Shown piece by piece: positions 38,801 through 52,004 of a DNA stretch of 64,000 bases. Made by a program: the position numbers and the translations under genes. The DNA lies in assembly GCA_015680685.1 (NCBI GenBank), contig MNCI01001713.1, positions 25,868 through 89,867 on the forward strand, read 5' to 3'. The notes below the pieces were generated by a model. It searched no databases. It was not told where the DNA came from and saw only the letters and a list, made by a program, of their open reading frames with translations. The stretch is from Gnetum montanum (lineage: Eukaryota; Plantae; Gnetophyta). Each line of letters opens with the position of its first letter. Positions within the stretch are counted from its first letter, which is position 1.

Positions 38801-40970
38801 GACCCCATAGTCACATGCGAGAGCCTCTAATGGGCCTTTATGCTTGCATATGATCATGGCATTTACATGTGTCCGATGGAGAGAGTGGTCCACAATATTT
38901 ATAAAGAAAGTAGAAAGGTTAAGGGTATGGTCATTCTTCAAGCTCTAGAGCACCCTAGATGCCTATCAATTGGCCAAATAGAAGGTCGATAAAACACATA
39001 TTCACAAATACCCTTGGTTACAAATCACCAAGGTTCTATTAACACTATCACCTTGTATTCATATTTGTGAGAATGAGATTAAGATCCATCTGTAAAGAAT
39101 TCCTACATAGCTTTAGGACTAGCTATGATACTCTTGATGATGTATTCCCATCATCAAGGAGAACCGTGATTATGGTAATAGTTACCTCTATAACTATCGC
39201 CACCGTACTCTTGAGCATGAATATTGAGCCATTCTAAGTTTTGATGGCAGTAGAAGTGAGATCCAATAGATGAAGTATAAAAATGGAGAAAAAACTATCC
39301 CATCTTGGTTGCAAAATGTGTCATAGGTGGTAGAGGCACAAACATCTATAATATTGACAAGCTTTTAACACATAACTTAGTGAATCATTTGGATAGGATT
39401 GTGAGGATCAAGGCAAGATGGCAAGCTACATAACAAAGTACTAGAGTGAAAATTAGTATTGGGAACCTAAAAAGTAAGGTGTTTTAGTGGGAGAAAGGGG
39501 GCATCATTAAATAAGATGTAATTATGGTGTTATCGAAGTGTCAAAGCTAGGATAGCATGCCATGAAGTAGTGTGATGAGCTCTAGTAAGTGGATCATGTT
39601 GCAAGGCAAGGACAAGATTTGCATTAATATGGAGGAGATTTTAAGTGTGATTACATATAGTAAGTAGTAATGAAAAATATGTGACAAGGAATCCTCAATA
39701 GTATGATAAAACATGCATTAGAAAAGTTCTTAGAAATTCTGGCATTGAAGGTTGGCCCAAGTGAAGAGGCCCATGTTGAAACAAGAGTTAAGAAAAAACT
39801 TGAATGTGAGGGATAATGCAAACTTACCATGCATGAACAAGTGTGTAGTGTGTAGTAGGGAAAATGAGGTAGTGTCATGCATGCGTATGAAGCATGCCAT
39901 GTGGAGAAAATTTGATGGCAATGATAATGCATGAAGGTGGTGGCAAGGGCATGTAGGCTCCAAGGAACACATGTGAACCATACCATGAGTGTAACATCAA
40001 TTGGACTTGTAAGAGAGTAATTGGATTAGGGACAAGTAGGGTGGTAGGATAGAAGAAGCAGGAGATCATCTCTAGATCAAAAACTAAAGGACCTTAGACC
40101 TACTCAATCTAAGCACACACCTATGACTAGAGCACTACAAAGATTAAACCATGCCTATGCATCACTTACATTTTGCAATTGGTATCAACAATGGTGGGTT
40201 TTGCTAGAAGAGTTGGGAAAAGAGCTAATAGACAATAATACAAAGTTGTAAGAAAAACCATGATGAATGAATAGGCTAACCATGCCACAATGAGCCATGC
40301 TTGAGTGTAAACATTTGTTGCCATGGTAGTTGATTATTATGCTTGACAAGTCATTTGAGGATCAAATTACATAGGCACTACGTGATCCTATGTTGAAGGG
40401 AGATGAGATCCATGCCACCATGTGATTTGAGGGTAGATTCATGATCTTAAGTAACAAGACATATTTTTCTATAAGTGTCAATATCATTCTAGATGAATTA
40501 ATGAATAATTCTATCGATACTGTAAATGAGATATTTTAGCAATGGGATGGTTGTAGCTACATACATTGGAATCATCTAAAGCATAGGTTTAGCCATTAGG
40601 ATGCACTTGGCTAAGAAAAGATAAACATAATTTCACTCAAAGAGCATGCATTGCAATTTCCTAAAGGTGGTGTTCCAATAGCATATTCATGGCCTTGAAG
40701 TAAAAAGAGAAACATTAAGATAACTGTTAGGTAGTAGTTTGAAGGTACTATTGATTATGTGAAGGATTTGATGAAAATGCCCTTTTGGACAATGAATGTT
40801 GTAAATGACAAACTTTGTCTAGTTGATCTCGAGTCCTGTATTCTTTAAGAACAAGTGAATACATTGGTGTAGAAGTCAGATGTTAGCCATCATAATGTTG
40901 ATGAATACCATGGTATTGTCTACATATATTTTTGTATGTTCCCTGACCATAGGTGCAAGTTGGGAAGACC
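35900..40970. mobile_element. Old, heavily decayed retrotransposon-like sequence
   Basis: Strong CpG depletion, no ORFs, LTR-like segment with CCTATAAATAC ~36826 and a TTACC/TTGTTA low-complexity block at 37080-37320. Family and boundaries unresolved. Confidence 0.4.
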
Positions 40971-40975
40971 AATGG

Positions 40976-43900
40976 ATGAAAAATGCGCATTACGTCGCTC
41001 TAAGATAGTATCTAGATAGTTACACGATCCAGTCGCTATTTGGACATTCACACACGATCCGGTCGAACTCCGTGGACATGCTATTTGTGGTATCTAGATA
41101 GTTACACGTTGATCGCAGTTTGCTATCTTCCCACCTGGACTAGTATTTGCTTTGTCACGTATGGTTTAGTCCAGAGTGAGGCGTATGATGTGATCCTAAA
41201 CTAGTGCTACTCCTAGAGACAATGGAAAATAATTTTAATTAAACTAATAAGCAATAGAAAATGAAGTCAAAGCTAGCCTAAGTGCGATGAACATCCATTC
41301 CTTAATCATCTGCACACATCGTGGACCTCGTGCACGACTACTACTGGGATTACCAAGCGTAGATCCTAGGTATACTACTGGGCTACCAAGTAGTCACACT
41401 TAAATACTCGTGATTAATTCGTACTCATTCCGCATTTAACAACAGGAATAATAAATGATGATAAAGAAATATTAACTAAGAAAATAATAAATAACAATAA
41501 CAATTAAGCCATTGAAAACTAAGTGAATGCTGCAATGATGAAGTAATCTCGATCTTTATTTCTGGTCATGTGCACATCCAAGTACGTCACACTCAAATAA
41601 AGGTGTCGTATAATTACAAGCATCACACTGCGGGCATGCACTTGGGAAAATATTCTAACTCCTATGGAAACAAAATGCAAGGGCTTTGCTATAACTACTC
41701 AAAAGGTACCTAAATGAGGCGGAAGGCCCTCTTATTTATAGTTTGAAATAGGCTTCATGTAAACGGGACCACGTCGACACATGGAAGGTTGCGTCGACGA
41801 GGCGACCTAGTTGACGCATCGACTAATGACACTTCATCATACCCCCATGATTGAATAACAACTCATCCTCGAGTCAAAGAAAGTGAGGAACAAGCTTAAT
41901 TGAATACACGGTGGATAGGTATGGGATTATTAACTGACTAGAAATTTATTCATGCCGTAGTGGAGAATTAAACAAAATTTGGACACAGACACAAAAGACA
42001 AAACTTGTGGAACTCATGGGATTCCCGGTAGTGGTGGCTCCTCCATGGGTGCCTTTCCTTTGTCTTGTGCATCAAGCTTCTAAGATTGATACCATTGAAG
42101 AAGCACCTGAATTTTCTCCTCTTCTATTTGAGGATTATGAGCCGTCCATGCTGATGTTCCAATGTTTGATGGAGTTGGCACTTTTCATGGACACAACAGC
42201 TACTAGAACACTTGATTGGCCTTGACATGCCATGCTGCAAATAGCCGTCATTCCTCTTCATAGGCTCAGCCTCTGACCTCTCCTCCCTTTGCTTGGATAG
42301 ATTATGTAGTAACAGGAGTTTCATGAGGGATGCTGAATGATTGCCTACAGCTCTGCATGTTCTGCATGAGGTCCTTAACCCCTGCCTCTCCTAGGTCATT
42401 CGGTTGCACCTTGAGAAGGTCCTCCTTGTTGTCTTCTTTTAGGGTCCATCTATAATCACACAAAGATCAATTTTTAGTAAGGTTATTGAAAAAATTTTAA
42501 TGATTTCATACCTTACTCATTGCCTTTAATAAATGTTGCATTCTTTACTTAGTGTGATTTTAGAGTTAGGAATTTTTCAAGGAAGTTGCCCTAACAGTTT
42601 AATGTTGGACCTGGTTTTGAGGAACGTTTGATAAAATGATGACAAAGGAAAGAATAAAATTGGCAATGAAATACTCAAAGGGTATAAGATGATGTGGTGG
42701 TGTGCACCAAGTACAAATTACAAAAGTCACGCAAGTGGGTCCTCCCCAAAGTAGGTTCCAACCTATATGCCCTTGCGTAACCACACCTTAAGATGTCCGT
42801 AGGCACTAGAAGGGTTAAATGTAATCTATACCGATGCAACAAAACAAACACATGTCGATGCCACCATGATGAGGTATGAATTCAATACTATACAAGACAC
42901 GAGTCACAAATACATGAACAACGAGATGGAATGAATTGAAGAAGGGATTGCAGAGATTGGGACGTGAGGTAACTGACTCAAGGCATAATGAATCCTGAGT
43001 GTAGGGCATGATTAATGTGTCATTAGCTCATCGTTCAAAAATCAAGACCAAGTCCATTCCTCCAATCAGTGACATCACATCGTTCCATCCAATGATGGAT
43101 AACCATAAGAGCACCATGACAGCAAGGCATATGATCACATGGTGTTTTTTGCAAGGGAGGAGTGACTTGGAATTTCTTGGCGGCATACTTTTTGTTTGGC
43201 CGCTTTGGCACACTCTCTTTTCTTTTTGCTTTTTTTTTTGTTTTGTTTTTGTTTTTGTTTTTGGTGCCTTTAATATTCTTACTCCCATTTTTCGTTAGAT
43301 CTACAAGGATCTTAGTACAACCAAGCTACATGATAGCACCTACAAATGTCACCAAAGAGAATCCACAAGTTCCCTTGATGTCACACCCTAGTCATTCCCT
43401 CTTAGTCCATCATTTTTCACTCTGGGCACAATGAACACAAAATTACTTTAAGTTTTAATGATGTCAAGAATATCATCTTACCGAGAGCAGAACTTCTTAT
43501 TAATAGAATGGTTGGGTGGATGTGATGGGCTCGCTGTTCAAATAATTAGTCACCCGAGACTTGATAGCATAGAACAACACCTCAACCAATGAGTCACATG
43601 AGTGTTTTATTCATAGATGAGATTACTCATAAAAAGATAAAAAGACAAAAAGATAAAACAATAAATTAAAAGGTGAAAAACTGGAAAACACAAAGTTGAA
43701 AAATTAAAGAAACACAAAAACATTTATTAATTCTATGTTGTTAGAATGGAGGATACCCCCCATAACTAAATGGTTGAGCATGGCTAGAATTAATAAATGG
43801 AAGGTTGGGATCCTTGCATGTTAAAAATATTGGGACCTGGTCATACTTACCCCATTGGGATTCACACACTTGATTAGAGTTGACATAGTGGGGCAAGTTA

Positions 43901-46513
43901 TAAGACGTGGTTAATTTATAATGAGTTGACCCACTATGGTACTTGTGACCATAAGATGGTATGAAAGGATAAACATGTCTCCCCATGTGGCAATATTCAT
44001 TGGGCGTCATGGTTGTTGGAGTATTGAGTGGTGGCCTTGATAAGGTAACATGAGGCATTGGGTTCAAAGAGGAAGATGCACCACAGTGTTGGATTTGTGC
44101 TGAGTTGGCGGATGTAGTGGTTTCTGAACTGTGGTGTCCCTTTCGATGGTCACGTCTAAAGAAGGGACACCTTCGATGTTGTGAAGGACCTCNNNNNNNN
44201 NNNNNNNNNNNNNNNNNNNNNNNNNNNNNNNNNNNNNNNNNNNNNNNNNNNNNNNNNNNNNNNNNNNNNNNNNNNNNNNNNNNNNNNNNNNNNNNNNNNN
44301 NNNNNNNNNNNNNNNNNNNNNNNNNNNNNNNNNNNNNNNNNNNNNNNNNNNNNNNNNNNNNNNNNNNNNNNNNNNNNNNNNNNNNNNNNNNNNNNNNNNN
44401 NNNNNNNNNNNNNNNNNNNNNNNNNNNNNNNNNNNNNNNNNNNNNNNNNNNNNNNNNNNNNNNNNNNNNNNNNNNNNNNNNNNNNNNNNNNNNNNNNNNN
44501 NNNNNNNNNNNNNNNNNNNNNNNNNNNNNNNNNNNNNNNNNNNNNNNNNNNNNNNNNNNNNNNNNNNNNNNNNNNNNNNNNNNNNNNNNNNNNATCTTTG
44601 CCTCAATTTCATCTGGTGATTGTAGGATTGGCAAACATGATTCCACCTCCTTGAAGTGAGTGGATTTCTCCTCTTCATGATCATGGACCCTTGTTAAGTT
44701 GAGATTTTGGTCCTGTTGAGAACTTTCAACATTCTCCCATTTGGCTATTTCTCCTTCTTCTTTTGCTACCTGCTTAATAAGCTCTCGGAATTGATGGGTT
44801 TGTAGCTCATATAGTTGACCTCGAGTGTACATCCCTAGGATCTCCCTAGTTTCATTACGGAGCCCATCTATGATATGGTACATTAGCCTTTCCTTGGAGA
44901 CCCATGACTTGGGCAGTTGTTTAACAGTGCATAATATCTTTCTAAGTCCATGCCCAAGGGTTCATGTTGCACTTGTTTCCATTCTTGGATTTGTCTCCTC
45001 AAGGCTGACACTCTCACATAGGTTTGATATCTTTTGTTGAAAAGTTCTACCATTGTTGGCCAACGTCAAATTGATTTTGGTTTTAACGACCTATACCATA
45101 CTTTTGCTTGGCCAACGAGTGTTAGAGGAAAGAGCTTAAGTTTTTTCCACCCATTATCAATATTGTTCTATGTACAGGCATTGTATAAGGCTTGTAAATG
45201 TTGTTGCGGATCTGAATCATAGCCTCCAAAAAACTTGGGAAAGTTGTTTAAATCCAGCACGGGTAGACAACTTTCCTTACGATGCTTGCGGGCTATTCGA
45301 ATAGCCTCTTGTATTTCCGTTAAGCTTGTAGTGGCCAGTAGGGGTTCATCATCACCAGGTAAGTTATGCTTTCGTGCATTGGGACGATGTTGTCTTTGTT
45401 TATGTTTATAAGAAACCCCCACCTCGGGTTGCGTACTCCAATCTTCATTGTCATAATATTCGTTGGTTCTCCAATGAACTACCTCACTAGATGTGGCATT
45501 ATTATAGTCTTGTGAGAGAGACATGGTTGTAAATTCGTATGTGATTTAATTACAATTATTATTATTATTTTTCTGAAAGATATATCGTCAAGGCTTTGTT
45601 ATAGCGATCTTGTATGATGTAACTATTCTAAATAACTAGCACCGTCCCCAGCAACAGTGCCAATGATGAGTGGCGAGGTACCCCTACACTCAACCATGCG
45701 AATATGAGCGTTCATGCATGATCCAGTCGAACTCCGTGGACAGGCTAGTTATGGCATTGAGATAGTTACACGTTGATCACAATTCATTGTCTTCCCACCT
45801 GGACTAGTATTTGCTTTGTCACGTATGGTTTAGTCCAGAGTGAGGCATATGATGTGATCCTAAACTAGTGCTACTCCTAGAGACAATGGAAAATAATCTT
45901 AATTAAACTAATAAGCAATAGAAAATGAAGTCTAAGCTAGCCTAAGTGCGATGAGCATCCGTTCCTTAATCATCTGCATACATCTTGGACCTCGTGCACG
46001 ACTACTACTGGGATTACCAAGCGTAGATCCTAGGTATGCTACTGGGTTACCAAGTACTCACACTTAAATGCTTGTGATTAAGTCGTACTCATTCTGCATT
46101 TAACAACAGGAATAGTAAATGATGATAAAGAAATATTAACTAAGAAAAAAATAAATAACAATAACAATAAAGCAATTAAAACTAAGAGAATGCTGCAATG
46201 ATGAAGTAATCTCGATCTTTATTTCTGGTCAAGTGCGCATCCAAGTACGTCACACTCGAATAAAGGTGTCGTACAATTACAAGCATCACACTGCGGGCAT
46301 GCACTTGGGAAAATATTCTAACTCCTATGGAAACCAAATGTAAGGGCTTCGCTACAACTAATCAAAAGGTACCTAAATGAGGCGGAAGGCCCTCTTATTT
46401 ATAGGCTAAAATAGGCTCCACGTAAACGGGGCCATGTCGACGCATGGAAGGCTACGTCGACGTGGCCCCGTATACGCGGCCTAGTCAACGCATCGACTAA
46501 TGACACTTCATCA
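40976..46513 (-). mobile_element. Non-autonomous Athila-like Ty3/Gypsy element (~5.5 kb: LTR-PBS-gag-3' ORF-PPT-LTR, no visible pol)
   Basis: 5' LTR 46513-45664 (TGATGA...TCATCA). tRNA-Asp-type PBS TGGCACTGTTGCTGGGGA at 45662-45645. Gag remnant 45524-44594. Gap 44193-44593. Decayed 3' ORF 42449-42014. PPT CATGGGGGTA at 41849-41840. 3' LTR 41839 to ~40976. No shared TSD. Confidence 0.85.
44594..45524 (-). pseudogene. Retrotransposon gag remnant
   Basis: PKFFGGYDSDPQQHL...KLKLFPLTLVGQAKVWYRSLKPKSI*RWPTMVELFNKRY...MYHIIDGLRNETREIL shows Retrotrans_gag motifs with stops and a frameshift. Confidence 0.85.
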
Positions 46514-47042
46514 ACTTCCTTATATCCAACTAAAGCTCATTAAGGACGATGAGGTGTTCTAATTACGAGGTAGAATTGAGGGAGTAATTGCCATGGAGAA
46601 ATTAGGGGATGAGGTGGGTGTCACATGGCTAGCTTACAAAGAGTTCTAAAAAAATACTAAAAGTAAAAAGCACGGTTATGATCCAATAGACTTGTGAAGA
46701 AAAGTCCCAACTATTTCTGTTTCTCACAGATGGACTATTAGTGAAAAAATTTTGTATTCTAGTCACCTTGGATGAGCCATGAGACATGTGACCACTAGTG
46801 CCAATAAGGAGGGTCTTTAACTTTTAGGAGACTTTAAAGTTGTTGATATCCTAGGATAAAGGGATTTGCAAAACTAAGGTTATTAATCTACAATTAGATT
46901 TGAGGAAGTGTGTTAAGTAATGTGGTGTGGAGGTGACAATGCTAACTGAGAGGGGTTATATAAAGAGTAGTGAGATATAGGCTTTAAAGGGTTGTCTAAT
47001 GTCATCATCCATGGTCCAAATGTCAATAATGAGTTTTTTAGA

Positions 47043-47695
47043 TGATGAGACGCGATTTGCACTAGGCCGCGATATCGCGTCTTCTCCTGCGATATCGCGT
47101 ACGCGATATCGTGTCCCACCGCCATTTCTATAAATAAGAGGCGGCACTCCCCGTATTTCCCCAATCCTAGCTAGTGTAGCGAAGCTCTGGCAGATTGATC
47201 ACTCCAGAGTTAGAATTTTTCCCCATGTGCCCGCAGTAGGAGTCCTAGAGTGAACGGCTCTTTATTCGAGCAGCTTGTAACCTGAACCCANATTCGCATG
47301 GTTGAGTGTAGGGGTACCTCACCACTCATCATTGGCACCGTTGCTAGGGACGGTGCAAGTTATTTAGATTAGTTACATCATACAAGATCGCTATAACAAA
47401 GCCTTGACGATATATCTTTCAGAAAAATAATAATAATAATTGTAATTAAATCACATATGAATTTACAACCATGTCTCTCTCACAAGACTATAATAATGCC
47501 ACATCTAGTGAGGTAGTTCATTGGAGAACCAATGAATATTATGACAATGAAGATTGGAGTACGCAACCCGAGGTGGGGGTTTCTTATAAACATAAACAAA
47601 GACAACATCGTCCCAACGCACGAAAGCATAACTTACCCGGTGATGATGAACCCCTACTGGCCACTACAAGCTTAACGAAAATACAAGAGGCTATT
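47043..47695 (+). mobile_element. 5' LTR pieces, PBS and gag start of another Athila-like copy in opposite orientation
   Basis: TGATGA start at 47043, TATA CTATAAATA ~47128, N at 47291, LTR end TCATCA at 47331, PBS TGGCACCGTTGCTAGGGA at 47333-47350. 47292-47695 is a near-identical inverted copy of ~45300-45703. Confidence 0.8.
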
Positions 47696-47711
47696 NNNNN
47701 NNNNNNNNNNN

Positions 47712-47820
47712 ATCAATAGAAAATGAAGTCTAAGCTAGCCTAAGTGCGATGAGCATCCGTTCCTTAATCATCTGCACCCGTCTTGGACCTCGTGCACGAC
47801 TACTACTGGGATTACCAAGC
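47712..47820 (-). mobile_element. Athila-like LTR fragment between gaps
   Basis: Matches 45915-46022 and 41272-41358. Confidence 0.75.
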
Positions 47821-49102
47821 NNNNNNNNNNNNNNNNNNNNNNNNNNNNNNNNNNNNNNNNNNNNNNNNNNNNNNNNNNNNNNNNNNNNNNNNNNNNNNNN
47901 NNNNNNNNNNNNNNNNNNNNNNNNNNNNNNNNNNNNNNNNNNNNNNNNNNNNNNNNNNNNNNNNNNNNNNNNNNNNNNNNNNNNNNNNNNNNNNNNNNNN
48001 NNNNNNNNNNNNNNNNNNNNNNNNNNNNNNNNNNNNNNNNNNNNNNNNNNNNNNNNNNNNNNNNNNNNNNNNNNNNNNNNNNNNNNNNNNNNNNNNNNNN
48101 NNNNNNNNNNNNNNNNNNNNNNNNNNNNNNNNNNNNNNNNNNNNNNNTTAGAGTATGAGAGGGAGAGCAAAATGTTTTCAAAATGGAAATTGAATTAGAA
48201 GTAATTGAAATGACCAAGACAGAGGATGATGGGGTAGTGGTCTAAAAAGCTCTAGGGACCACATGCCAAGGATGGTGATAATGTGAGGAAAAACCCAACA
48301 TTTATTGAGGTGGGAGGCATGAATGCCTTTCACTATGTAATGCTTGTAGCATGTATATTAATCATTGGTGAGGGGAAGTTTGAGGAGTTGAAGATTATTG
48401 TGAAGGAATTTAATCGGTCATGTTTCTAAGCTAGAGAACAACCTTAATGAATGCTGGAAGGAATCAATGGCTACATTAAAGTTCTTGATGATGAGTAAGA
48501 TCAATGCATCATTAGCATGTTGATGAGCTCCTCCTTAAATGTGGACCTACTTGCATCTAAGGAAGGGACATACACCTTAATGAGACAAAGCCAATTCTAA
48601 CATGCATATATACTTGTTGTATCGCTACATTGGTCTATGAGGATGATGGAAGGATTCTAACACATGACAAGGCTTGAATAGTTGTCATTCATGGGGCTAG
48701 CGAAAAGACATAAGCATAGAAAAGCCAAGTAGCATAGAGCTTCATTTTGTTTCATGCATGTAGAGCACATCAATATGGTTGAATATTGTAAAATCAATTG
48801 TTTCACATAATCATTTGGGGCTATTAAGACCAACCACATGCTATAAGGTAACATCCATTGTGATGGATATGAGTTGGTGAGGTTTTGTACAAGTAGGACT
48901 TGTAGGAGGCCATCTGGAAGCATGTGCTTGTGAACCTATCAACATTACTTTGATAGTAGTGATTTGGAAGGTAGCAAATGTATAGGATGATCATAGGGGC
49001 CAATGTGTTACATGGGGGTATCCATGAAGGGCCTAAAAGTGGCACTAGAATGCTAGTCTAAGGCAATTACATGATTCCTAGATTATTTTTTCCTTGGTCA
49101 TA

Positions 49103-52004
49103 TGTAGCACTTTCTACTCTAGATAGTTTTTACCCCTTAGTATGTTTGTGACTTAAACCTTTGATGTTTTTTTTTGCTAAACTATGTTTATGCTTATTAA
49201 CCCCTTTTGCTTATGTTGATTATGCTTTTATGGTTTGAGCTATCTGCTTTACTATTTTCTTTTTAATAACCTCTTAGATTTTATATATATTTTAAGGTGT
49301 GATTTTCCTTTTTGTATTTTATTCAATTTTATCAATTTTAATTATTTTCATATTTGTAGAATTTTTTATATTTTTTGAATTTTTAGAATTTTTAGATTTT
49401 GCTTTTAATTTAGCATATGCACACTAACCTTTTGTTAAAGATTTGAGTTGCTATTACCTTGGTTTTGTTATGCTTTGTCAGATAATTTATATTTTACTAA
49501 ATTTATTTGTTTTGTTTTATATTTTATATTTTAATTTATTTTAAGTCTTTCTTTTAGAAGGTATCATATTAACCTTTTCGTTAGTTATACTTTTGACCCT
49601 AAACCTAATTATTAGTATAGGCTTAGACATAGTTATACTTGGGCATAGTCATAGTTATTAACTTACTCATAGGAGATGCTCATTAGGCTAATCCTCGGCA
49701 CTAGCCTATGTTACAAAAAGGATTTAAAAATATTTTTAGAATTAGAATTTCTATTTAATTTAGTTTTGGCCCATCATAGCTCCTTTGACTAACATTGCCA
49801 AACCTTTGTAAGAATGTAAGCCTAGCAACTATTTTAGAAGAGATCATCTCTTTGCCTTGCCTTGCTGACATCTATGGGATAGAGCTAAAGAGGGAGACTT
49901 TGCTCGATTAGAAAAGAGCTAGATCTAGATCTACAGTCAACCAAATATGTGTTTTCTAATATGACTTGTGGTAAGCCATATTTTCTAGATCTTGTCTAAA
50001 TCCCATTTTTAACCTATGATCTTGCTTAGGATTTAGAGTCTATTTAGACGAGCGAAGCCATGCAAGGACCTTTTCTATAGCACTATCAATTTCAAGTAGG
50101 GTAATTTGATGTTATTACTCCGTTTGATGGGTTTTGGTAATTTTTGTTTTGTGCACATATGCCTTTAGCTGGTTTCTATTTGTTCATCAACTATTTTTTG
50201 AATTGCTTTGATTCCTAGATTTGAATATTTGCTTATTAATTTTTTTAATTTTGTTTATTTTTGAGATTTATTATAATGCATGGGATGTTAGTCAATGCTT
50301 TGACCAAGTTTGATCACATTTTAATCACTTTTGACCATGTTTTGTCTTTGTTTAGAATTCTATTGAAATTTCAACTATAGAATGAGGGTTTCAAGCTAGT
50401 TTTCACATTTTGACCCTCTCAACGATATCAAACATTGATGACCCAAAAGATAAAGGTGACTAGCATTCCAACGCAAACCTAGAGGACACTTTCCTATTCC
50501 ATTACAACCTGATTACAAAGTTATGATGACTTTTGATGACATCATCAACTCTAGCATGAAAAACCAAGAAATGTTTGTAAAGTTGCCCTTGGCCTTAGGG
50601 CAACAAAAAATTTGAGAAAATGGCCAAAAACATAGCTTTTAGGACTTTTCGGAACACTTGAAAATCTAAAAATGGCAATTAATGAGATTTTAGCATTTTT
50701 AGTAGCTTTGATCAACCTCTAGAATCTTATATTCCTTTTAAATCATTTTTCTTCATTTTAAAACATGCATCTGAACTCATATTTTAGTCTTGTCCTCATT
50801 TGATACATCAAAACATTTGGATTAGCAACCCAATTCTTAGTTGTTGACCTCTTTTCAGTTTCATATTAACAATCAGATTCATCTTCCCACCACCTAGGGA
50901 TTTGTTCATTTATAGGATTTGGTATATGATCATTGGACTTCAATTATGGTTTGACCAACCATTTGAACTATGTGCAATGACCATAGTGTGAAGCACATCA
51001 CGATAGTGAGCTAATCATCTATCTATAGTGACCATAGTGTGAAGCATATCATGGTGGTGAGCTTAGTGCTTATGCAAAAAGAATATGTTAGTAAGTACAA
51101 ATTTGTTTATTTGTTAGTTGGATGGGTTACTGGGTGGAAGTGGAGTTTTTAGTTTTGTTAATTATTTGTTAGATTTTTGTTATTATTATCATTCGCTCTG
51201 TGTTTGTATTGTTTGGGTAACCTTTGTTTACAGCTATTTCATGTGCATGCTTGTCCAGGTACCTAATGCCTCTAACCAAATTCATAAGGGAGTAATTTGA
51301 CACTTCTTTACCTAACTCAATCTTAGGACTAATTCACTTGGTTTTATATGTGATTTTGCAAATGATTATATTAGTTATAATGAGGAAGATTTAGAGGAGG
51401 CAGTTGATGTTTAAATTTCTATTTTAGTTCTTGATTTCTTTTTGCTATTAAGTTTCTAGTTTAAGTTGTGATTTAATGTTGTAATGTTTAGCTAGGATTG
51501 ATGAATTTGGTATTTTATATGGGATTGTGTATTATTCTTTGCTTGTCAACTTTAATTCGATTTTTATGTACATTATGTTATTTATTTTGTAGTTATTAAA
51601 AATTAGTTGATTTTATTCAATATTAAAGCCCAATGCCTTTTCTAGATGTATTTGTAATTTCAACATTATATTATATTGTTTATACGATTAATTTTTGCTA
51701 TAATATTTATACCAATGTATTGAAATTCTAGCTTTGGCATTAGGGTTTGTCTTATTTTTTTAATAGTGTATAGGTTAGGCTTAGAATGTATGGGGCTACT
51801 ATCACTGCTTTATAACCTTTTATCTTTTATTGCATTTTCATGTTCTTATGTGCTTATCATTTTATGGATGTCTACTACTTTACCCGTCTAATTTTTATTG
51901 TCATCCATATGATTTTTATTTAAGCAATGTTTTATTTTCCGTACTTTTGAATTTTTATGCAAGTAAAGTTTTCCTACCTTAAGCTTGGTTAGTGGGGTGT
52001 TACA
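49103..52004. mobile_element. ~2.9-kb solo LTR (TGTAACAC...GTGTTACA type) inserted in older retrotransposon sequence
   Basis: Termini TGTAGCAC and GGGGTGTTACA. Flanks TCATA / TCACA. An uninterrupted related target copy lies at 52180-52290 (TTCCTTAGGTCATAGGTGTCAAC) and matches 49000-49102 joined to 52005 onward. Confidence 0.75.

Noticed and set aside
45300-47695. Large inverted repeat 45300-45703 vs 47292-47695
   Set aside because: Explained by two opposite-orientation copies of one retrotransposon family; the second copy is bounded by Ns.
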